Shown here piece after piece: positions 37,585-46,897 of a stretch of DNA of 47,110 bases. Source of the DNA: Deltaproteobacteria bacterium. Its GTDB lineage: Bacteria; Bdellovibrionota; FAC87; UBA2466. How positions within the stretch are numbered: the first letter of the stretch is position 1; each line of letters opens with the position of its first letter. The stretch spans positions 1 to 47,110 of the forward strand of contig VGSE01000002.1 in assembly GCA_016875135.1 (NCBI GenBank). The letters are read 5' to 3'. The notes beneath the pieces were generated by a model. That model was not told where the DNA came from. It searched no databases and worked only from the letters and a program-made list of their open reading frames with translations. The translations under genes were made by a program, and so were the position numbers.

Positions 37585-38525
37585 AATGGGTACTCATACT
37601 GAAGATTTTCGCCTCTTGCAAAACGCATCGCTTCTTCGATGCAAATCCTTGCCATCTCTTCGCGTGCCCAGCGACTTGCCGAGCCAATGTGGGGAACCGA
37701 AAGGGCGTTGGGTAAATCGAGCAGCCCTTGAGCCACTTGAGGCTCTTTCTCAAAAACATCAAGTCCAGCTTGAAAATCAGGATTCTTTTTTAAGTGCTCT
37801 ACCAGAGCGGTTTCATCAATAATGGGCCCCCTTGCCGTGTTAATGAGGATGGCAGTGGGCTTCATCTTAGAAAGGTTTTCTTGATTAAACAGGTGACGAG
37901 TCTGCGGTGTAAGCGGGCAGTGGAGACTTACCACATCAGACTCTTTCAATAACTCCTCAAACCCGACTTGAGTTGCCCCATCGACAGGAAAGTGTCGTCT
38001 TGAAAAATAAACAACCCTCATCCCGAAACATTGAGCTCGTTTCGCAACGGCCTGTCCAATTTTTCCCATGCCAACAATACCCAAAGTCGATCTCTCAAAC
38101 GAGAGTCCTAAAAATAGACTGGGGAAAAAACCATTAAACTTACCTTGCTTCAAAAACTCCCGGGCCTCATTCACCCTTCTCCCACAATTTAAAATTAAAG
38201 CCCACGCCAAGTTTGCAGTCGCCTCGGTAAGAACTCCCGGTGTATGTGACACTTTAACTCCACGCGTTTTTAGAGCCTTTAAATCCAAGTGGTCGACGCC
38301 CGTTGAAAAAGTAGCCAAATGCTTTAGACGGTTAGCGTGAGAAAGGACCCGTTCGTTGATAGGTTCGGTGAGCTGACAGATAAACACATCTTTATCTTTA
38401 ATAGCCTGCGCCAATTCCATCTCATCAAGGGGACGCCCCTTTTCATAAATCTCAACACTTTCAAAATGGGGTTGAAGAATTTTTAAACAATCTAGGGGAA
38501 GTTTTCTACTGACTCCGGCCTTCAT
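37581..38525 (-). CDS. D-2-hydroxyacid dehydrogenase (glyoxylate/hydroxypyruvate reductase-like)
   Basis: NAD-binding GIVGMGKIGQAVAKR and the catalytic R/E/H context (NTARG...PHIGSAS). Confidence 0.8.
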   Translation of the reverse strand: MKAGVSRKLPLDCLKILQPHFESVEIYEKGRPLDEMELAQAIKDKDVFICQLTEPINERVLSHANRLKHLATFSTGVDHLDLKALKTRGVKVSHTPGVLTEATANLAWALILNCGRRVNEAREFLKQGKFNGFFPSLFLGLSFERSTLGIVGMGKIGQAVAKRAQCFGMRVVYFSRRHFPVDGATQVGFEELLKESDVVSLHCPLTPQTRHLFNQENLSKMKPTAILINTARGPIIDETALVEHLKKNPDFQAGLDVFEKEPQVAQGLLDLPNALSVPHIGSASRWAREEMARICIEEAMRFARGENLQYEYPL

Positions 38526-39853
38526 TATGGTTTAGGCTCCTCGATAAGCTTGAGCCAACTCGCTGCAGAACGCATGATTCGAATCTTAAAGCGAGCCCCC
38601 TCCTCCAAATACTCTTTCTCGAGGACTTTTGAATATTCATGAATTTGAGATTGCAACCAAGTATTGTGATAAGAAACTACAACTTCAAGTTCAATCATAT
38701 CCCTCTCAAAGTAGCCAAAAATAGTATTTCTAAGCCGCTTCATATCTTCGGGATTAAGTGAAGAAACTACGAGACTATCGATGTATTTTCTCTCCAAAAT
38801 CTTAGGAAGAAAAATTTCTTTGACTAGGTCGGCTTTATTGAACACTAAAAGACTGGGTTTAGATCCAGCTCCGATATCTTCGAGCACTTTGCGTGTCACT
38901 TCTAAGTGATGCGGATACATCACAGAAGAAAGATCCACTACATGCAACAGCAAATCGGCCTCAAGCACTTCGGCAAGAGTTGAACGAAAAGAAGCCACTA
39001 AACTGTGAGGTAGCTTATCAATAAACCCTACCGTATCACTGAGTAAAATTGGGGGTCTTGTTTTAGGATCAATGACTTTAACAGTAGAATCCAAGGTTGC
39101 AAACAACCTATCATCAACATAAACCTGGCTGGTCGTCAGATGATTCATTAAAGTCGATTTACCGGCATTTGTGTATCCGACTATCGCTACTCTTAAAAAC
39201 TTATCCCCTCGATGAGCTCTTTGAATTTGTCGCTCTGAAGAAGTGTGCGCCAACTCCTCTTTAAGCCTTGAGATGCGATTACGAATCAAACGACGATCCA
39301 ATTCAATTTGTCTCTCTCCCACCCCTTTAAGTCCGATCCCACCTTTTTGTCTTTCTAAGTGAGTCCAACGTCGGGTCAGATGCGTTGCTAAGTATTCTAA
39401 ACTTGCCAACTCTACTTGATTTTTAGCCTCTTTTGTTCTGGCATGTTTTGAGAAGATCTCAAGGATAATCCCGGTTCTATCAACGATCCGGCATTGAATA
39501 ATTTTTTCAAGGTTCTTTTGCTGCGTCCCCGTAAGTTCATTATCAAAAGCAATAATCGAGCATTCATGTTCTTTAGCTAATTGCCTAATCTCTTCCGCTT
39601 TTCCGGTCCCCACATATATTGCAGGGTTTGGCTTATCTTTTTTTTGAATCACCGAATGCACTACCTGAGCACCTAACGTATCGATGAGTCTATTTAACTC
39701 AGATAAACTATTTTCAATTTCATTTGAAGTTTCCCCGGGCAGCTGCATACCCACCATAAGAACCTTCTGTTTTTCTTCTAACAAAATAGTAGGACGATTT
39801 TTTGAGCTAGAACTCAATTCCGATCTCCTCGGGGCACTTCTAAACCATCGCAA
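38525..39853 (-). CDS. hflX: GTPase HflX
   Basis: HflX N-domain, then G-domain motifs GYTNAGKSTL, DTVGF and NKAD. Confidence 0.9.
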   Translation of the reverse strand: MRWFRSAPRRSELSSSSKNRPTILLEEKQKVLMVGMQLPGETSNEIENSLSELNRLIDTLGAQVVHSVIQKKDKPNPAIYVGTGKAEEIRQLAKEHECSIIAFDNELTGTQQKNLEKIIQCRIVDRTGIILEIFSKHARTKEAKNQVELASLEYLATHLTRRWTHLERQKGGIGLKGVGERQIELDRRLIRNRISRLKEELAHTSSERQIQRAHRGDKFLRVAIVGYTNAGKSTLMNHLTTSQVYVDDRLFATLDSTVKVIDPKTRPPILLSDTVGFIDKLPHSLVASFRSTLAEVLEADLLLHVVDLSSVMYPHHLEVTRKVLEDIGAGSKPSLLVFNKADLVKEIFLPKILERKYIDSLVVSSLNPEDMKRLRNTIFGYFERDMIELEVVVSYHNTWLQSQIHEYSKVLEKEYLEEGARFKIRIMRSAASWLKLIEEPKP

Positions 39854-40227
39854 AGATAGATTGTGTTAGATAAAGTCTGAGCCCAATTACACCAATCTTT
39901 AGAAAGCTTTCCAGTCTCGGAAACGAGCGCTATCGAACTGAAACCGATTCCTTCAATATTTTTCAAAAGCTGATCCCTGTCACAATGTTTCGATGACAAC
40001 ACCACCATGGAAGCCTTTATTTTTTTCATGGTTGGGATAAACACCGGGAGACTGAGAGACCCCTGAGTTGCTCTTCGAATTTGATGGTTCATACTCCAAT
40101 CTAAACAACGAACACTTTCATGGACAGAATGAGGGGTTTCATCCTGGATGATCACGATGCTATCCACCCCAAGTTCAACCAACACTGCAGGGTTCTGCTC
40201 CAGCGAAATTTTCACGATTTCAGACAT
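39814..40227 (-). CDS. Hypothetical protein
   Basis: 137-aa track ORF with no family recognised. Its 3' end overlaps the annotated hflX start by 40 nt, so one of the two boundaries is uncertain. Confidence 0.35.
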   Translation of the reverse strand: MSEIVKISLEQNPAVLVELGVDSIVIIQDETPHSVHESVRCLDWSMNHQIRRATQGSLSLPVFIPTMKKIKASMVVLSSKHCDRDQLLKNIEGIGFSSIALVSETGKLSKDWCNWAQTLSNTIYLCDGLEVPRGDRN

Positions 40228-40280
40228 AAAGTTATTTTAACCTATCCTCAGACACTAACCTATTTTTACCAAGGATGCGA

Positions 40281-40712
40281 CTATTTGGCTTTATTTGGAT
40301 TTGGGTGAAGCTGCCTAATCTTATCTAAAATACCATTGATAAAACTTGGGCTGCTTTCGGAACCGAATTGTTTAGAGACTTCGATCATTTCATTAATCGA
40401 AACAGTAGCCGGAATATCATCACAAAAAAGGATCTCATAGACTCCAAGGCGCAACGCATTGCGATCCACCGCCGCCATTCGTTCAGGCCGCCAATTCTCT
40501 GAAGCCTTCTTGAGAAGAGTATCAATTTCACTCAATTTTTCAGTGACTCCTAAAACCAAACGATGAGTAAACTCGTCTAGTGTATTCTTTTCTAAGGAGT
40601 AGAACTCCTGAAAGTGGTTAAGCGCTTTCTGAGTAGAAAGGTCTTGATTCAAATCTAATTGAAATAGTATTTGAAGAGCTTCGATTCGATTTTTTCTTCG
40701 ACCTGTTTTCAT
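40281..40712 (-). CDS. nusB: Transcription antitermination factor NusB
   Basis: RRKNRIEALQILFQLDL...DRNALRLGVYEIL signature. Start set at the internal MKTGRRK, which removes the overlap with glyA. Confidence 0.85.
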   Translation of the reverse strand: MKTGRRKNRIEALQILFQLDLNQDLSTQKALNHFQEFYSLEKNTLDEFTHRLVLGVTEKLSEIDTLLKKASENWRPERMAAVDRNALRLGVYEILFCDDIPATVSINEMIEVSKQFGSESSPSFINGILDKIRQLHPNPNKAK

Positions 40713-40720
40713 AAACCACT

Positions 40721-41947
40721 TTAAATAGGGAAACGACGACACAACTCCATCACTTCCCCTTTGACCTGCTTGACAGTAGATTCACTGTAATCGGAAACAA
40801 CTCTCGAAATAGCCCGGGCCAACCAAGCCATTTCAGTCTCTTTTAATCCCCGAGTCGTTATCGCAGGGGTTCCCATTCGAATTCCACTAGTTACAAAAGC
40901 ACTCGCCGTTTCAAAGGGAACCGTGTTTTTATTAGCTGTCAGTCCAACTCGGTCCAAACGCTCCTCGGCCTCTTTACCTGTGATCCCTTTATTTCGCAAG
41001 TCGATCAAGACTAAATGGTTATCGGTACCGCCACTGACCAGCGTAAAGCCCTCTTCCAAAAGACCGGCAGCCAGCGCTTTACAGTTTTTGATAATTTGAG
41101 CTTGATACTCTTTAAACCCAGGAGTCATTGCTTCTTTAAAAGCTACAGCCTTTGCAGCGATCACGTGCATTAAGGGCCCGCCTTGAATGCCAGGGAAAAT
41201 CCTTGAATTAATTTTGGCTCTTTGAGCCTCTTTAAATAGAATAATTCCCCCCCGAGGGCCTCTCAGAGTTTTGTGTGTCGTGCTTGTCACAATATCAGCA
41301 TGTCCAATCGGAGTGGGGTGCAATTTAGCCGCAACCAATCCGGCGATGTGAGCCATGTCGACCAGGAAAAACGCCCCCACTTCACGAGCTATAGCTCCAA
41401 ATTTCTCAAAATCAATCACTCTGGGATAAGCACTTGCGCCGGCAATAATGAGCTTAGGCTTATGCTTTAGGGCTAAATCTCTCACTTCATCGTAGTCAAT
41501 AAGATGGCTATCGGGTCGGACACCATAAGAAACCACTTTAAAGAGAAGTCCTGAAAAGTTGACCGGATGGCCATGAGTCAAGTGGCCTCCATGGGACAAA
41601 TTCATACCAAGGATGGTGTCACCTGGAGATAGAACCGCTAAATAGGAGGCCATATTGGCTTGGCTCCCCGAATGCGGCTGAACATTGGCAAAATCGGCCC
41701 CAAATAGCTGACAAACTCTTTCAATTGCTACCGCTTCTACTTTATCAACAAACTCGCAGCCACCGTAATATCGTTTGCCTGGATAGCCTTCGGCGTATTT
41801 ATTAGTAAGCACTGTCCCTTGGGCTTCCATTACAGCCCTTGAAGCAATATTCTCACTGGGAATAAGCTCCAGAGAATTCTGCTGACGAATCAATTCTTCC
41901 TGAATAAATCCAGCGACTGCCGGATCGACTTCTCTAAGATGCTCCAT
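40721..41947 (-). CDS. glyA: Serine hydroxymethyltransferase
   Basis: 408 aa. [20 protein letters not shown] and [12 protein letters not shown] (PLP lysine) motifs. Confidence 0.95.
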   Translation of the reverse strand: MEHLREVDPAVAGFIQEELIRQQNSLELIPSENIASRAVMEAQGTVLTNKYAEGYPGKRYYGGCEFVDKVEAVAIERVCQLFGADFANVQPHSGSQANMASYLAVLSPGDTILGMNLSHGGHLTHGHPVNFSGLLFKVVSYGVRPDSHLIDYDEVRDLALKHKPKLIIAGASAYPRVIDFEKFGAIAREVGAFFLVDMAHIAGLVAAKLHPTPIGHADIVTSTTHKTLRGPRGGIILFKEAQRAKINSRIFPGIQGGPLMHVIAAKAVAFKEAMTPGFKEYQAQIIKNCKALAAGLLEEGFTLVSGGTDNHLVLIDLRNKGITGKEAEERLDRVGLTANKNTVPFETASAFVTSGIRMGTPAITTRGLKETEMAWLARAISRVVSDYSESTVKQVKGEVMELCRRFPI

Positions 41948-42395
41948 ATTTTTTCTCCAGTGCTGTAATCAGTTCAATTCTGTTCTGATGCCGACCGCCC
42001 GAAAACTCTGCTTTCAACCAGCTCGAGCACGCTTCAATCGCCGTTTCAAGCTTCACCAATCTAGATCCTACACAAATAATATTAGTGTTGTTGTGCTCTT
42101 TAGACAAAGTTGCAGAAGTCGAATCCCAAACAGTCGCAGCTCTTACCCCGGGAATCTTGTTCGCTGCTATGGCCACTCCAATGCCGGAACCACAAATCAT
42201 AATACCTCGCGCCGACTGAGCCACAACCTCAACAGCTACTTTTTCAGAAAATGTGGGATAATCACAAGAAGCTTCGCTATGACAACCACGATCTAAAAAG
42301 TTTAAATCGGAAAACTTAAGCCTAAGCTCTTTGAGGAGAGCAACTTTAAAAGCATACCCCGCATGATCAGAGCCCACGTAAATCGTGTTATCCAT
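41934..42395 (-). CDS. rpiB: Ribose-5-phosphate isomerase B
   Basis: 153 aa. GSDHAGY and [14 protein letters not shown] motifs. Confidence 0.9.
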   Translation of the reverse strand: MDNTIYVGSDHAGYAFKVALLKELRLKFSDLNFLDRGCHSEASCDYPTFSEKVAVEVVAQSARGIMICGSGIGVAIAANKIPGVRAATVWDSTSATLSKEHNNTNIICVGSRLVKLETAIEACSSWLKAEFSGGRHQNRIELITALEKKYGAS

Positions 42396-42403
42396 ATTTC
42401 ACT

Positions 42404-43636
42404 TCAGATTTTTTTGAAGATAAGCGTTGCATTTGTCCCCCCGAACCCAAACGAATTTGACATAGCATAATCAATCTTCATCTCTTGAGCTGTGTGAGGG
42501 ACATAATTCAAATCGCACTCGGGACTGGGGTTTTCTAAGTTAATCGTGGGGGGAGCCACTTGATTTTGAATCGCCTTAACACAGAAGGCAGCTTCGATAG
42601 CTCCGGCAGCCCCTAACAAATGGCCTGTCATGGATTTGGTAGAACTTACCGCTACTTTCTTAGCGTGTTCTTTGAAAACATTTTTTACGGCAATAGTCTC
42701 ATTAATGTCGCCAATGGGGGTTGAAGTCCCATGGGCATTAACATACTGAATCTGATCAGGATTAAGTTTGGCATCTGTGAGCGCTAAGCGCATGCATCGG
42801 GCCGCCCCTTCACCTTCAGGAGCAGGTTGAGTGATGTGGTAAGCATCACAGTTCAAACCATAACCAACCACTTCGGCAATGATATTTGCATTACGTTTCT
42901 TCGCTCTTTCATACTCTTCAAGTACCAAAATAGCAGAGCCTTCAGCGATGACAAAACCATCTCGATCTTTATCAAAAGGTCTTGAAGCTTTTGCCGGCTC
43001 ATCGTTTCGGGTGGATAAAGCTCTAAGTGCGCAGAATCCGCCTACTCCCAATTCGCATATGACCGCCTCAGCCCCACCCGTGACCATGACATCGCAAGTC
43101 CCATTCTGAATATACCTAAACGACTCCCCCAAAGCGTGAGCACTCGAGGAACAGGCTGTTGTAATGCAGGTATTTGGCCCTTTAAGACCGTACTTAAGCG
43201 ACAACTGGCCGGCTGCTAAATTTCCAATCACCGCCGGAATGAAAAAAGGGCTCACTCGCCGTGGCCCCTTTTCCAATAATTCTTTATACTGTGCTTGAAT
43301 TTCAGCTAACCCACCGATACCCACTCCAACGATAGAACCTATTCTCTCAAGATTTTCCGAAGCTAAATTAAGCCCGGAGTTTTCAAGAGCTTCAGTGCCT
43401 GCTACGAGGCAAAACTGAATAAATCGATCCATCTTCTTCAGGTCTTTTACCTGAAAGTGGGCTTCAGCTTTATAACTGACCACTTCGCCAGCAATCCGCG
43501 AGGAGTACTGAGAAGCGTCGAAGAGCATAATGGGACGGATACCCGACTTTGAATGCGTCAATGACTCCCAGTTTTCATTTACTGTAAGTCCGATGGGGCT
43601 TAAGGCGCCCATGCCTGTGACGACTACCCGTCTCAT
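42404..43636 (-). CDS. fabF: 3-oxoacyl-ACP synthase II
   Basis: 410 aa. Active-site ACSSS, HGTSTP and SFGFGGTNA motifs. Confidence 0.95.
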   Translation of the reverse strand: MRRVVVTGMGALSPIGLTVNENWESLTHSKSGIRPIMLFDASQYSSRIAGEVVSYKAEAHFQVKDLKKMDRFIQFCLVAGTEALENSGLNLASENLERIGSIVGVGIGGLAEIQAQYKELLEKGPRRVSPFFIPAVIGNLAAGQLSLKYGLKGPNTCITTACSSSAHALGESFRYIQNGTCDVMVTGGAEAVICELGVGGFCALRALSTRNDEPAKASRPFDKDRDGFVIAEGSAILVLEEYERAKKRNANIIAEVVGYGLNCDAYHITQPAPEGEGAARCMRLALTDAKLNPDQIQYVNAHGTSTPIGDINETIAVKNVFKEHAKKVAVSSTKSMTGHLLGAAGAIEAAFCVKAIQNQVAPPTINLENPSPECDLNYVPHTAQEMKIDYAMSNSFGFGGTNATLIFKKI

Positions 43637-43642
43637 AAGTTT

Positions 43643-43876
43643 TTAGTTCACTTTGGTTTTGATATAGCTGATGACATCATTAACGGTTTTAATCTTCTCA
43701 GCATCTTCGTCCGGAATTTCTAAATCAAATTCTTCTTCCATGGTCATAACCAACTCTACGATATCAAGAGAATCGGCACCCAAATCGTCAATAAAGGAAG
43801 CTTCTGGAGTAACAGTCTCCATATCGACTCCAAGTTGTTCCACGATAATATTTTTAACTTTTTCTTCAACAGACAT
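43643..43876 (-). CDS. acpP: Acyl carrier protein
   Basis: [17 protein letters not shown]...[13 protein letters not shown] (phosphopantetheine Ser). GGAGGA RBS before the ATG at 43876. The track ORF extension to 44089 was rejected. Confidence 0.95.
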   Translation of the reverse strand: MSVEEKVKNIIVEQLGVDMETVTPEASFIDDLGADSLDIVELVMTMEEEFDLEIPDEDAEKIKTVNDVISYIKTKVN

Positions 43877-43932
43877 TGCGTTTCCTCCGCTATAAGTTCT
43901 GTGCTTTTCACAAATTACTGATTCGGTGAAGC

Positions 43933-43961
43933 AGATTAGCAGCGAAAGGTTCACCTTGCAA
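43933..43961 (-). promoter_or_regulatory. Candidate sigma-70 promoter for acpP-fabF (TTGCAA-17 nt-TAATCT)
   Basis: Read on the minus strand about 60-85 nt upstream of the acpP ATG. Confidence 0.3.
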
Positions 43962-44191
43962 GCATTCCTTCCCAAGGCCAAAGCTTTAATATACTTCATA
44001 AAAAAGATGGACTGGAAGAGATTAAATAAAGAGGTTATTTTTTTGAAAGCGTTGCCCCCGCCTTCGGCTTTACTGTCAAGCCATTGCAAGGAAAAGGAAA
44101 AAAGAATTTATCGACTTTTATTACAGGCCGAATGTTTTATACCTGCTCCCTTTAAGCGAGTTTTTTAAGAGATTCAAACGGCCATGAAGTT

Positions 44192-44407
44192 GGTTTGAGG
44201 CGCGCAGTTTATTGGCTGTTTGACAATGCGGCGAATCATAACATAAAACTTCAAGAAAACTTATTAAATCTTATAACCTTGGTCCGCTATAAGTCTTTGC
44301 AATTTAGGAATAAATAGTTCGGACCAGCCTCTTAAAAAGCTTACTTAAAGAAAGCAAGTATAAGAATTTAAACTGTTCTCAAACAAGAACGTTTTTTTGG
44401 CTCTCGG
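44192..44407 (+). repeat. Intergenic repeat family, copy B (fullest copy: left, central and right modules)
   Basis: It contains the segments shared with copy A (10471-10548), copy C (36168-36280) and copy D (46036-46089). Confidence 0.75.
44254..44398 (+). ncRNA. Candidate small RNA unit within repeat copy B
   Basis: TTGACA (44220-25), 16-nt spacer, CATAAA (44242-47). About 145 nt follow with no ORF, ending in the hairpin gttct-caaaca-agaac (44375-90) plus gTTTTTTT (44391-98). An internal stem pairs tggtccg (44280-86) with cggacca (44320-26). Confidence 0.25.
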
Positions 44408-44741
44408 ACAAATTACTTTCAAAAGCGCCCTTAACCCATTGAATCGACAAGTCGATCGTGTCGTTGCCGTCATTGCCATGTTTGTCTTGCGAAATCGATA
44501 CTAGAAAGTGACTGGGTACCGTCTCTGTGCGAGTCGGATGTCCGGTGTGGAAGAGCGACTGTTCCTCAGAGTCTCAACCCCAGGGTTAACCAAAGGGGCT
44601 TTATCCGTAAACTTGGGGGGCTGATGAGGCTTGGCACTTGATTCCTCCGCCAAACTCAATCGAGTGAATCCGATCAAAACTGTCATAATTAAAATCGGGG
44701 GTTTCTCTGTTCCAAGTTACAGTTGCTTTATAATCGGACAT
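44408..44741 (-). pseudogene. OsmC-family protein pseudogene (three in-frame stops, 3' end missing)
   Basis: Hand translation from the ATG at 44741: MSDYKATVTWNRETPDFNYDSFDRIHSIEFGGGIKCQASSAPQVYG*SPFG*PWG*DSEEQSLFH...ISQDKHGNDGNDTIDLSIQWVKGAF... The N-terminal 45 aa match the OsmC-like pattern (Y.A.v.W.r....F....Y.R.H.i.f.gg....sS.P). The remnant ends at the right boundary of repeat copy B. Confidence 0.65.
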
Positions 44742-44760
44742 TTTTAGTCTCGACGTTAAA

Positions 44761-45753
44761 TTATTGCTCCAGCTCTTCAGTCTCAGGCGGGAGTTCAGAG
44801 GCGGTTACTATAACTTTAGCTTTCGGCTTATCTAACAAACTCATCACATTGGCTTGAATATTTATACAAATATTTTTTAGAGGAAGATGGCTTAAATTTC
44901 TCGGAGAGAATGGATTTTGAATCTCAGCTCCAATTTCATCTAGAGTGAAAAGGGGATAGGACGCTAAAGCCACAACAAATGGGGTCAACCAAACGACTCG
45001 GTCCACCAGTCCCAGGGGTAACAACAATAAAAACAGAAGAATAAAGCGCCTTACAATGATTGCTATAGCTAAAGGAATGGGAGTATTTCTAATTCTTTCA
45101 CAAGCGCCGATCGCATCAATGAGAAGAGCCCTCTCTCTTTCAGCTCTTTGGAACGCAAAATTATCCAATCCTTTAGTTCGCAAAACACGAATAAGTTCTG
45201 CAATTTTAGCTCCGACGTAGGTCGGCATGTGCTGGCTGTTTTTAATTCGATTGGTCTCCTCTTCTCCCAGAAGCTCTTTCACTTCAGTGAGCTCTTTTTC
45301 AGAGCGAAGCGACTCTCGCATCACATGGGGAAATGCGGCTACCCAACTTAAAAAGGTTTTTGAGAGCGCTTGATTTGCCGAGCTGTACTCGTAGCCGATG
45401 ATGGCTAAGTTTCGACTCTGGTTCACAATGCTTCCCCAAATTTTTCTGGCTTCCCACCAACGATCTAGCCCGGAATTAATTCTCAAAAGAAGAAAAAGAC
45501 TCAGTACGGCCCCGGAGTATTCTAGCGGAGTGATGGGAATGGCCACTTGCGGGTAATGATGAAAGACCACGGAACACGCCAAGGAAAAACAGGTCGTAAA
45601 GATCACCCGCCGAGTCACTGCAAGAGAGGCAGAACCTTTGATGGCAAGCGCAGTTCTTAAAAAACTCTTCGATTCGCCTTTATTGGTCAGATCAAAGCGA
45701 ACCTCTTGATGAGGGAGTAGCGGTTTTTCAGTTTTATTTTTAAATAAGGCCAT
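44761..45753 (-). CDS. Bestrophin-family (UPF0187/YneE-like) anion channel
   Basis: 330 aa. RWWEARKIWGSIVNQSRNLA and the four-helix TM layout are typical of bacterial bestrophin homologues. Confidence 0.75.
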   Translation of the reverse strand: MALFKNKTEKPLLPHQEVRFDLTNKGESKSFLRTALAIKGSASLAVTRRVIFTTCFSLACSVVFHHYPQVAIPITPLEYSGAVLSLFLLLRINSGLDRWWEARKIWGSIVNQSRNLAIIGYEYSSANQALSKTFLSWVAAFPHVMRESLRSEKELTEVKELLGEEETNRIKNSQHMPTYVGAKIAELIRVLRTKGLDNFAFQRAERERALLIDAIGACERIRNTPIPLAIAIIVRRFILLFLLLLPLGLVDRVVWLTPFVVALASYPLFTLDEIGAEIQNPFSPRNLSHLPLKNICINIQANVMSLLDKPKAKVIVTASELPPETEELEQ

Positions 45754-46035
45754 TTTTTTTTCTGTAAGTTAAGCCCTTAATTTGAGTCTAAACACCCATG
45801 GATAGTAATTTCAAAGGTCTTATTCTATGAGACTCGCCTCTACCCACGCTAAATTTTATATTTTCAAAATGTTTTTTCATAGAATTCTCAAAGTTAGACA
45901 AGCTTGACGTTAACTGTAGTATGCCTTGTTTTAAGGAGCATAATCAAGCCATAAAAAAAGGAACTTTTCTTCATAATCCAAAACAAACTATGGATATTAA
46001 ATTCAAAGGCCCTATTTTTCGAAATCCGCCCTCAC

Positions 46036-46089
46036 GCAGGTATAAGAATTTAAACTGTTCTCAAACAAGAAAGTTTTTTTGGCTCTCGG
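46036..46089 (+). repeat. Intergenic repeat family, copy D (right module only)
   Basis: gcaggtataagaatttaaactgttctcaaacaagaaagtttttttggctctcgg matches 44354-44407 with 2 mismatches in 54 nt (46039 g vs a; 46072 a vs c). Confidence 0.8.
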
Positions 46090-46201
46090 TTATAACGGGG
46101 GGCCGTTTATACCTTCTATCCGTTTGTTAACAAATGATTATGAAACTAATATCAACAAACAGCCAAGGAGCGATAATAACAAACGTAACTTGGGTTAGCC
46201 G

Positions 46202-46642
46202 CTATTGACAGAGCAAGAAGCTCTTGTAGCGAACATGATATCCGTCAGCCCAATCAAAGGCGTCAGTATAAATTCCTTTGATTTGTTTGACTTTCTTTTG
46301 CCTAAGACCCACCAAGTCTTTCACAGAAAAATCATAGTAAGCATATTGATCTCCATCGCTAAAATCCAAAACGGCTTTGCTTTTATTTTCATTGGTGCTG
46401 ATGGTTCCTTCGCTCGACTCGGACTCATTGGCGTTAGTAACCTTAACCGTGCCTTTGTCTAAATCCAATTCAAAAATTATCTTGCGGCCCATTTCGCCGT
46501 CACACCACGAGTGGGTATTCACAGGACGATTTACATCTTTGCAACTACGAACTTGACAGTTCAAAGCTTTAGGAAAAAGGATTTTTGATCCAGCCAAGGC
46601 TCCTGTTGAAATCAACATTAATGATACAAAAAAAATTCTCAT
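46202..46642 (-). CDS. Secreted hypothetical protein (signal peptide, 4 Cys)
   Basis: 146-aa track ORF. N-terminus MRIFFVSLMLISTGALAG, GGAGG RBS upstream, no family recognised. Confidence 0.5.
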   Translation of the reverse strand: MRIFFVSLMLISTGALAGSKILFPKALNCQVRSCKDVNRPVNTHSWCDGEMGRKIIFELDLDKGTVKVTNANESESSEGTISTNENKSKAVLDFSDGDQYAYYDFSVKDLVGLRQKKVKQIKGIYTDAFDWADGYHVRYKSFLLCQ

Positions 46643-46897
46643 ATTGACCTCCGTAATCCGTAAAAAGTTGGATAACTTTATACTGCGGTGCGCCTATATT
46701 GGCCAGACTTTTCGTTGGCAAAAGCTATCTTGCTGTTTACAAAGCGTTTTTATAACTTGAGAGTATTCAATGTCTTTACGGGAACTTGATACTGAAACGG
46801 CATTTACCTGGTCCGTATCGAGGCTCGCGGCGCCGAACCTAGCCCCGTGAGGGTCTATTAATGTGCTGTTTATTAGCGATAACTTTATTTATGGCCC

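Noticed and set aside
43877-44089. N-terminal extension of the ACP ORF (the track gives 148 aa starting at 44089).
   Set aside because: ACP is complete from MSVEEK at 43876, with a GGAGGA RBS just upstream. The extension has no ACP similarity and covers the candidate promoter.
44632-44646. TGGCAC-N5-TCCT, a partial sigma-54-like motif (+).
   Set aside because: The -12 element lacks the essential GC, and the motif lies inside the OsmC-like pseudogene on the opposite strand.
45921-46130. 69-aa plus-strand ORF in the bestrophin / secreted-protein gap.
   Set aside because: It runs straight through repeat copy D, including its hairpin and T-tract. It has no RBS, and its composition is not protein-like.
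46715-46733. TTGGCA...TTGC, a sigma-54-like motif (+).
   Set aside because: The GG-to-GC spacing is 13 nt instead of 10.
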